From an uncultured delta proteobacterium (lineage in GTDB: Bacteria > Myxococcota > UBA727 > VGSZ01), in NCBI GenBank assembly GCA_963775425.1, contig CAVZJB010000001.1, positions 21,927 through 85,926 on the forward strand: a DNA stretch of 64,000 nucleotides, given 5' to 3'. Positions 53,446 to 64,000 of the stretch are shown one piece after another. How positions within the stretch are numbered: position 1 is the first letter of the stretch; every line of letters begins with the position of its first letter. A program made the position numbers and the translations under genes. The notes below the pieces were generated by a model. That model saw only the letters and a program-made list of their open reading frames with translations, was not told where the DNA came from and did not search any database.

Positions 53446-53464
53446 GCCGGGGCTACGGCCGGAG

Positions 53465-55909
<2,445 letters not shown>

Positions 55910-56017
55910 GAAGACCTCCAAGTCCCGGTGCGACTAGCGGAATTCCCCGGGGTCGTCGAGCCCCTCTTCGCGGCGGCCCGCCGGTCGGGCGGATGGCCTC
56001 CGGCCGACGGCGGACGC

Positions 56018-56037
56018 GATTGACACCGGGGTCAATC
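56018..56037. promoter_or_regulatory. Operator-like inverted repeat GATTGAC-N6-GTCAATC
   Basis: 7-bp perfect arms, AT-rich relative to background, between divergent hppA and GH25 genes. Confidence 0.45.
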
Positions 56038-56049
56038 CATAGTCCGCCC

Positions 56050-58548
56050 ATGAGCCAGCCCACCTCCTTTGCCCTGCCCCGCCCTGCGATCGCGGCCCTC
56101 CCCCTCGCGCTCCTCGCGCTGCTGTGCGGCGCGGCCGGCTGCGGCGGCGGCGACGACCTGGCCATGGGCCAGGGCGATCTCTTCGCCCGGGCTCCGGGCA
56201 GCCAGGAGCAGGCGGTGCACGCGGTCTGCGGCAGCGGCAGCACCGTCTTCGGCATCGACGTGAGCAAGTGGCAGGGGACCATCAACTGGGGGTCGGTGGC
56301 GAACGCCGGGGTGAAGTACGCCTTCATCCGCGTCAGCGACGGCACCACCTACCACGACGAGAAATTCGCCTCGAACTGGAGCGGCGCCAAGGCCCACGGC
56401 GTCCTGCGCGGCGCCTACCAGTTCTTCCGCAGCAACCAGGACCCGGTGGCGCAGGCGAACCTGCTGCTCAACACCATGGGCCCGCTCCAGCCCGGCGATC
56501 TGCCCCCCGTTGTCGACGTCGAGAGCACCGACGGCGTCAGCAACGCCACCCGCGCGCAGAAGCTCCACCAGTGGCTCGACCGCGTCGAGGCCGTCACCGG
56601 GGTCAAGCCAATCATCTACAGCGGCGGCTACTTCTGGGACGACCACGTCGGCCAGGACTTCCACACCTATCCCTTGTGGCACGCGGGCTACACCGGCGGC
56701 ACCTGCCCGAGCACCGTGTCCAACTTCTGGCCGCGCTGGACCATCTGGCAGTACTCCTCGTCGGGATCGGTCTCGGGCATCTCCGGCAACGTCGACGTCG
56801 ACCGCTTCAACGGCACCCTCACGCAGCTGCGCGGGCTCGGCGCCGACCCATGCACGCCGTCCCCCGAGATCTGCAACGGCGTCGATGACGACTGCAACGG
56901 CGTCGTCGACGACGGCGACGCCTGCACCCCGCGCGACGAGGCCATCTTCGGCGCCGCCCAGCTCGACGCGGCCGGGGACACCGACGTCGACGGCGACGGC
57001 GCCGCCGACGTGTGCGCGCGCGCCGCCGCCGGCGTCGTGTGCTCGCTGTCGACGGCCGGGCCTTTGTCGACGCCGTTTTCCACGGCCTTCTTCACCAACG
57101 ACGGCGGCTGGAGCGATCGCACCAACTTCGCCACCCTCCGCCTCGGCGACATCGACGGCGACGGCCTCGCCGACCTCTGCGCCCGCGCCAACGCCGGCAT
57201 CCGCTGCAAGCTCTCCACCGGCGCCGACTTCTCCGGCGGCGCCGTCACCGGCCCCGAGCTCTCCGACGCCCTCGGCTGGGACAAGCCGCAGTATTACAGC
57301 ACGCTGCGCGTCGTCGACGTCGACGGCGACGGCAAGGCCGACGTGTGCGCGCGCGCCGCCGCCGGCTTTCGCTGCTACCTGTCCGACGGCGCGGGCTTTC
57401 CCACCGGCGTCGCCGGCGACCCCGCGTTCTTCCGCGACGACGACGGCTTCACCGCGCCCGACAAGTACGGGACCATCCGCATGACCGACATCGACGGCGA
57501 CGGCCGCCTCGACGTGTGCGCCCGCGCCGCCGGCGGCGTCGAGTGCCACCGCTTCCTCGGCGCGTCGTGGGGCCCCGCAATCACTGGCCCCGCCTGGAGC
57601 GACGCCCACGGCTTCGACGGCGTGCAGTACTGGAGCACGCTGCGCTTCGCCGACCTCGACGGCGACGGCAAGGACGACGTGTGCGTGCGCGCGTCGGACC
57701 GCGTGCATTGCCGGCTGTCGCTCGGCGACGCCTTCAGCGACACCGACATCGCCGGGCCCGTCCTCGCCGACAGCTCCGGCTGGGCCGACGACGACAACTA
57801 CGCCACCATCCGCCTCGGCGACGTCACCGGCGACGGCCGCGCCGACCTGTGCGCGCGCGCCAACGCCGGCGCCCTGTGCTGGCCGTTCCGAGCCAACGGC
57901 ACCTTCGGCGCGCGCATCGAGGGCCCCGCCTTCTTCGCCGACGCCGGCGGCTTCACCGCGCCCGAGGAGTACCGCACCATCCGCCTCGCCGACGTCGACG
58001 GCGACGCCCGCGCCGACCTCTGCGGCCGCGACGCCGACGGCTTCAGTTGCTTCCTCTCCGACGGCGCCGGCTTCCCCACGCGCGTCGACGGGCCCCGCTG
58101 GTCCAACGCCCTCGGCTGGCTCCACCTGCAATACAGCGGCACCTTCATGATGTCCGGCTCGCATGGCTGCCTGGCCTCGCCCGAGGTGTGTGACGGCCGC
58201 GACGACGACTGCAACGGCGTCGTCGACGACGGCGGCGTGTGCGACGCCGGCGAGGGAGAGGGCGAGGGAGAGGGAGACGCCGCCGAGGGCGAGGGCGAGG
58301 GCGACGCCGCCGAGGGCGAAGGCGAGGGCGACGCCGCCGAGGGCGAAGGCGAGGGCGACGCCGCGGAGGGAGAGGGCGAGGGAGAGGGAGAGGGAGAGGG
58401 AGACGGCGACGCCGCACAACCGGCCGGCGACGGCGGCGTCGACGGAGGCTGCCAGGCGGCGCCGCCGGCACCGCTCTTCGCGCTGCCGCTCGCGCTTTTG
58501 GCGTCGCGGCGGGGCCGCACGCGCCGCCGCGCGCGCCGGCGCGATTGA
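56050..58548 (+). CDS. GH25 muramidase + 7 FG-GAP/VCBS repeats + Cys-Asp motifs + EG tract + MYXO-CTERM-like tail
   Basis: AAGC lipobox, GIDVSKWQG, GAYQFF, DVE, WQYSSSG, VDVDRF; seven DxDGDGxxDxCxR repeats; two ExCxGxDDDCNGVVDD motifs; tail GGC...RR. Confidence 0.9.
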   Translation: MSQPTSFALPRPAIAALPLALLALLCGAAGCGGGDDLAMGQGDLFARAPGSQEQAVHAVCGSGSTVFGIDVSKWQGTINWGSVANAGVKYAFIRVSDGTTYHDEKFASNWSGAKAHGVLRGAYQFFRSNQDPVAQANLLLNTMGPLQPGDLPPVVDVESTDGVSNATRAQKLHQWLDRVEAVTGVKPIIYSGGYFWDDHVGQDFHTYPLWHAGYTGGTCPSTVSNFWPRWTIWQYSSSGSVSGISGNVDVDRFNGTLTQLRGLGADPCTPSPEICNGVDDDCNGVVDDGDACTPRDEAIFGAAQLDAAGDTDVDGDGAADVCARAAAGVVCSLSTAGPLSTPFSTAFFTNDGGWSDRTNFATLRLGDIDGDGLADLCARANAGIRCKLSTGADFSGGAVTGPELSDALGWDKPQYYSTLRVVDVDGDGKADVCARAAAGFRCYLSDGAGFPTGVAGDPAFFRDDDGFTAPDKYGTIRMTDIDGDGRLDVCARAAGGVECHRFLGASWGPAITGPAWSDAHGFDGVQYWSTLRFADLDGDGKDDVCVRASDRVHCRLSLGDAFSDTDIAGPVLADSSGWADDDNYATIRLGDVTGDGRADLCARANAGALCWPFRANGTFGARIEGPAFFADAGGFTAPEEYRTIRLADVDGDARADLCGRDADGFSCFLSDGAGFPTRVDGPRWSNALGWLHLQYSGTFMMSGSHGCLASPEVCDGRDDDCNGVVDDGGVCDAGEGEGEGEGDAAEGEGEGDAAEGEGEGDAAEGEGEGDAAEGEGEGEGEGEGDGDAAQPAGDGGVDGGCQAAPPAPLFALPLALLASRRGRTRRRARRRD

Positions 58549-58584
58549 CTTCGGCGGCGCACGGCGCTGCGCTATAGGACGCCC

Positions 58585-58799
58585 ATGTGCCTGGGCATCC
58601 CCTCGCGCGTGGTGCGCATCGACGGCGGTGAGCCCCGCATGGCCACCGTCGAGCTGTCGGGCATCAAGAAGAGCGTCTGCATCGAGCACGTGCCCGAGGT
58701 GCAGCCCGGCGACTTCGTGCTCGTCCATGTGGGCTTCGCCATCTCCCGGATCGACGAGGAGGAGGCGGGGCGCATCTTCGCGCTCCTCGCGGAGCTGGC

Positions 58800-58803
<4 letters not shown>
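58585..58803 (+). CDS. hypC: Hydrogenase maturation chaperone HypC
   Basis: MCLGIP N-terminus and [12 protein letters not shown]. Confidence 0.95.
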
Positions 58804-59916
<1,113 letters not shown>

Positions 59917-59924
<8 letters not shown>

Positions 59925-60987
59925 GCGGAGCGCGGGCGACGCGCCCTCGGGTTTTTCGTGTCCCGCGCCTTTGTCGCGCTACGAGCACATCGTGCTCGGG
60001 CACGGCAGCGGCGGGCGTTTGTCGCACGAGCTCATCGAGCTGTTCGCGCGCGCGTTCGACATCGGCGCGCTCGAGGACGCCGCGCGCGTCTTTGTCGACG
60101 GCGCGGCGGCGTTCACCACCGACGCCTTCGTGGTGCGGCCGCTGTTCTTCCCCGGCGGCGACGTCGGCAAGCTCGCGGTGTGCGGCACCGTGAACGACCT
60201 CGCCGTCATGGGCGCGACGCCGCGGTACCTGTCGGCGGCGTTCATCCTCGAGGAGGGGCTGCCGATCACGGATTTGGTGCGCATCGTGGCGTCGATGCGC
60301 GCGGCCGCCCACGCCGCCGGCGTCCGCATCGTGTGCGGCGACACGAAGGTGGTCGAGCGCGGCAAGGGCGACGGCTGCTTCATCGCCACGACGGGCATCG
60401 GCACATACGCGCAGCAGCCGGCGCGGCCCGCCCGCGTGGCGCCGCTCTCCATCCACAACGCGCGTCCCGGCGACCTGGTGCTCGTGTCGGGGACGCTCGG
60501 CGACCATGGCATCGCGGTGACGTCGGTGCGCGAGGGGCTGTCGTTCGAGACCACGCTCGAGAGCGACTGCGCCGACCTCTCGCCGCTGTGCCGCGCGTTG
60601 ATCGAGGCGTGCGCCGAGGGGCTTCGCTGCATGCGCGACGCCACGCGCGGCGGCCTCACGTCGGTGCTGCACGAGCTCGCGGCGGCGTCGGGCGTGGGCG
60701 TGCAGGTGGACGAGGCGGCGGTGCCGGTGAAGCCGGCGGTGCGCGGCGCGTGCGAGCTGCTCGGCCTCGACGCGCTCTACGTCGCCAACGAGGGGAAGCT
60801 CGTCGCCGTCGTCGCCGAAGACCGCGCGCCGGACGCGCTCGCCGCCCTGCGGGCGCACCCGCTCGGCCGGGACGCCGCCGTCGTCGGCCGCGTCGTCGAG
60901 GAGCGCGCGGTCACGGTGCGCTCCGTCATCGGCGGCGAGCGCATGCTGTCGCTGTTGTCCGGCGAACAACTGCCGAGGATCTGCTGA
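59917..60987 (+). CDS. hypE: Carbamoyl dehydratase HypE
   Basis: [43 protein letters not shown]-terminal PRIC. Confidence 0.97.
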
Positions 60988-63290
60988 TGAGCGCAGGCGC
61001 GGACGCGGCCGAGCGCCGCCGCGTGCGCATCGAGGGGCGCGTGCAGGGCGTGGGCTTTCGGCCGCACGTGTTCTCGGTCGCGCAACGCCTCGGCGTCGAC
61101 GGCTCGGTGCGGAACGTGGGCGGCGCCGTCCTGGTCGACGTGACCGGGCCCTCCGGCGTCCTCGACGCCTTCCTGCGCGCGCTCGTCGACGAGGCGCGGG
61201 CGCCTTCCCGTGTCGATGCCGTGGTGGTCGTCGACGCGCTGCTCGGCGACGGCGCAGGCGCGCGCGCCGGCGCCGGGTTCGTCGTCGCGCCGAGCGTAGA
61301 GCTCCCCGGCGGTGGCCCGCGGGAGCTGTGCCCCGATCGCGCGCCCTGCGCCGCGTGCACCCGCGAGCTTTTCGATCCCGCCGACCGCCGCTTCGGCCAC
61401 GCGTTCATCACCTGCACCGCGTGCGGCCCTCGCTTCACGGTCGCGCGCGCCCTCCCCTGGGACCGCGAGCGGACCACCATGGCTCGCTTCCCGATGTGCG
61501 ACGCGTGCGCGCGCGAGTACGCCTGCCCGTCGTCGCGCCGGTTTCACGCCGAAGCCGTCGCGTGCCCGCGCTGCGGCCCTTCGCTGCGGTTCGTCGATGG
61601 CGACCGCGCCGACGACGCGGCGGCGCTGGCGTCGTTTTCGCGCGCGCTCCTCGCCGGAAAGATCGGCGCGCTCAAGGGCGTCGGCGGCTACCAGCTCGTG
61701 TGCGACGCCCGCCGCGAGGACGTGGTCGCCCGCCTGCGCGCGCGCAAGCGCCGGCCGGACAAGCCGCTCGCGGTCATGGTCGGCGACCTCGACGCCGCCG
61801 CGCGCTTGTGCGTCCTCGACGACGTCGAGCGCGCGCTCTTGTCGAGCGACGCGCGCCCCATCGTGTTGTGCGCGGCGTCTCCCTCCCGCGCGGCCTCGCT
61901 CGCGCCGTCCCTCGCGCCCTCGGTGGCGGCGGGGGCGCGGGTGGGGATCATGCTGCCCTCGAGCCCGCTGCACGCGCTGCTCTTTTGCGCCGTCGACGGC
62001 GCCCCGCTCGTGATGACCAGCGGAAACCGCGCCGAGGACCCCATCGCCGTCGACGACGACGACGCCCACGCCTCCCTCGCCGGCGTGGCCGACGTCTTCC
62101 TGGGCCACGACCGCGCCATCGCCATGCGCGCCGACGACTCCGTCGCCCACGTCCTCGACGGCGCGCCCGCGATCGTGCGCCGCGCCCGCGGCTACGCCCC
62201 CGCGCCCCTCGCGTTGCCGCTCGCCTTGCGCCGGCCCGCCCTCGCCGTGGGCGCGCACGAAAAGAGCACGTTCGCCCTCGGTGACGGCGACCGCGCCGTC
62301 GTGAGCCAGCACCTCGGCAACCTCGACACGAAGCGCGCCGTCGACGCCTACGCCGAAGCCGTCGCGCACCACGAGCGCTTCTTCGCCGTGCGCCCCGAGG
62401 TCGTCGTGCACGACCTCCACCCCGACTACGCGTCGACGTCCTACGCCCTCGCCCGCGCGCGCGCCGACGGCCTCGACGTCGTCACGGTGCAGCACCACCA
62501 CGCGCACTTCGCCGCGTGCCTCGCCGAGCACGGGCTCACCGGGCCCGCCGTCGGCGTCGTCTTCGACGGCGCGGGCCTCGGCGTGGACGGCACCGTGTGG
62601 GGCGGCGAATTCCTGGCGGGCGACCTCGCACGCGTCGAGCGCGTCGCGCACCTCTCGTGCGTGCGCATGCCCGGCGGCGGGCGCGCGGCGCGGGAGCCCT
62701 GGCGCATGGCGCTCGCCCACCTCGACGCGGCCGGGGCGGACGTCGACGCCGTCCTGTCGCGCATCGACGCCGGGCGCCGCGAAAACGCTCTGGCCCTGGT
62801 GAGGGGCGGGAGCCACGCGCCGCTGACGTCGAGCGCCGGCCGGCTCTTCGACGCCGTGGCGGCGATGCTCGGGCTGCACGACGCCGTGAGCTACGAGGGC
62901 CAGGCGGCCGTGGCGCTCGAGGACCTCGCTTCAGCCGCCGGCGCCGGCGCGATGGCTCCGTACGCGTTCGACGTGAGGGACGGCGTCGTCGACGTGCGGC
63001 CGCTCGTGCGCGCCGTCGCGGCCGACGTCGTGGCGGGCGTCGACGCGAGCGCGGTGAGCGCGCGCTTTCACGAGACGCTGGCCGAGATCGTCGACGCGGT
63101 GTGTGCCACCATCGATCTCGAGGTCGTGGTCCTGAGCGGTGGGGTCTTCATGAACGCAGTGCTCGTCGAGCGCACCCTCGCGCGCCTGCGCGCGCGCGGG
63201 CGGCGCGCGTTGATTCACCGGGGGGTGCCCACCAACGACGGCGGCATCGCCCTCGGCCAGCTCGCCGTGGCCGCCGCGAGGGAGCGATGA
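60987..63290 (+). CDS. hypF: Carbamoyltransferase HypF
   Basis: GRVQGVGFRP acylphosphatase domain, two CxxC zinc fingers, KGVGGY, HDLHPDY, QHHHAH, WGGE, NDGGIALGQ. Confidence 0.97.
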   Translation: MSAGADAAERRRVRIEGRVQGVGFRPHVFSVAQRLGVDGSVRNVGGAVLVDVTGPSGVLDAFLRALVDEARAPSRVDAVVVVDALLGDGAGARAGAGFVVAPSVELPGGGPRELCPDRAPCAACTRELFDPADRRFGHAFITCTACGPRFTVARALPWDRERTTMARFPMCDACAREYACPSSRRFHAEAVACPRCGPSLRFVDGDRADDAAALASFSRALLAGKIGALKGVGGYQLVCDARREDVVARLRARKRRPDKPLAVMVGDLDAAARLCVLDDVERALLSSDARPIVLCAASPSRAASLAPSLAPSVAAGARVGIMLPSSPLHALLFCAVDGAPLVMTSGNRAEDPIAVDDDDAHASLAGVADVFLGHDRAIAMRADDSVAHVLDGAPAIVRRARGYAPAPLALPLALRRPALAVGAHEKSTFALGDGDRAVVSQHLGNLDTKRAVDAYAEAVAHHERFFAVRPEVVVHDLHPDYASTSYALARARADGLDVVTVQHHHAHFAACLAEHGLTGPAVGVVFDGAGLGVDGTVWGGEFLAGDLARVERVAHLSCVRMPGGGRAAREPWRMALAHLDAAGADVDAVLSRIDAGRRENALALVRGGSHAPLTSSAGRLFDAVAAMLGLHDAVSYEGQAAVALEDLASAAGAGAMAPYAFDVRDGVVDVRPLVRAVAADVVAGVDASAVSARFHETLAEIVDAVCATIDLEVVVLSGGVFMNAVLVERTLARLRARGRRALIHRGVPTNDGGIALGQLAVAAARER

Positions 63291-63877
63291 CCAGCCTCGC
63301 GGACGCCGCGCGCAGGAAGGCGCAGGAGAGCGCCGACAACCTGGTGCGCTTCGTTGACGCCGAAGCCGACAACATCGCCGCGTGCGCCGACGCGATCGCC
63401 GCGCGCTTCGACCAGGGCGGGAAGCTCCTCGCGTTCGGCAACGGCGGCAGCGCGTGCGACGCGCAGCACCTCGCCGTGGAGTTCCTGCACCCCGTGCTCG
63501 AGAAGCGGCCGAGCCTGCCGGCGCAATCCTTGAGCGCGGACCCGGTGTTGCTCACGGCCATCGGCAACGATCAGGACTTCACCACGGTGTTCTCGTCGCA
63601 GATCCGTCTGCTCGGCACGCCCGCCGACGTCGCCCTCGGCATCTCCACGAGCGGACAGAGCGCCAACGTGCTCCGTGGTCTGTCGGCCGCGCGTGACCTC
63701 GGCATGCTCACCGTCGGCTTCTGCGGCAAGGACGGCGGGCGCATGCCGGCCCTGTGCGCCACGTGCTTCGTGGTTCCGAGCTTCTCGATCCACCGCATCC
63801 AGGAGGCGCACACGCTTCTGCTGCACGTGCTCTGGGACCTCATCCACGTGGCACGCGGCCACGCCGACGTCCTGTGA
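63287..63877 (+). CDS. SIS-domain protein, GmhA (phosphoheptose isomerase)-like
   Basis: GNGGSACDAQHLAVEF, TAIGND, GISTSGQSAN, IHRIQEAH; ATGA overlap with hypF. Confidence 0.88.
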   Translation: MTSLADAARRKAQESADNLVRFVDAEADNIAACADAIAARFDQGGKLLAFGNGGSACDAQHLAVEFLHPVLEKRPSLPAQSLSADPVLLTAIGNDQDFTTVFSSQIRLLGTPADVALGISTSGQSANVLRGLSAARDLGMLTVGFCGKDGGRMPALCATCFVVPSFSIHRIQEAHTLLLHVLWDLIHVARGHADVL

Positions 63878-63934
63878 GCACGCCACGCTTTGCTCTTTTC
63901 CGTCGACGGCGGACATGCCAAGGGTGGGACGCAC

Positions 63935-64000
63935 GCGCTCGTAGCTCAGCTGGATAGAGCATCAGGCTTCGAACCTGAGGGTCGGGAGTTCGAATCTCTC
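63935..64000 (+). tRNA. tRNA-Arg (anticodon UCG), 3' end truncated by window edge
   Basis: GCGCTCG acceptor 5' strand, TAGCTCAGCTGGATAGAGC D-arm, TCAGG-CTTCGAA-CCTGA anticodon arm, GGGAG-TTCGAAT-CTCTC T-arm. Confidence 0.93.

Noticed and set aside
59958-60986. N-terminal extension or HypE-HypF fusion
   Set aside because: hypE ends normally at PRIC-TGA and hypF starts at the overlapping ATG at 60987.
63287-63877. Calling the SIS gene a canonical LPS gmhA
   Set aside because: There are no hldE/gmhB/hldD neighbours and it is coupled to hypF, so no gene symbol was assigned.

Overview
Very GC-rich bacterial DNA, most likely Myxococcota: it carries MYXO-CTERM-like sorting tails, a myxobacterial Cys-rich repeat, a DUF6178-like protein, an AgmX/PglI-like protein and three Ser/Thr kinases. 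The window is densely coding. Recognisable genes include a MacAB-type exporter, an ECF sigma/anti-sigma locus, tal, birA, nadC, a four-gene minor-pilin cluster with an oversized PilX-like gene, an acyl-CoA carboxylase beta subunit, ExbD, a RavA/MoxR AAA+ ATPase, hppA, a modular GH25 muramidase, a hypCDEF-SIS operon and a truncated tRNA-Arg(UCG). No integrase, transposase or CRISPR array is visible. The main leads are: (1) hypCDEF translationally coupled to a GmhA-like SIS gene, with no hypAB or hydrogenase nearby; (2) a 75-bp palindromic element present twice, 34 kb apart, each directly after a stop codon; (3) a six-unit tandem hairpin array between a methyltransferase-like gene and a GDPD gene; (4) long (Glu-Gly)n tracts in five exported or membrane proteins; (5) a GH25 + lectin-like propeller surface enzyme; (6) frequent TANNNT boxes 6-8 nt before start codons, suggesting leaderless transcription. 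All family assignments come from reading motifs by eye; no database search was run.
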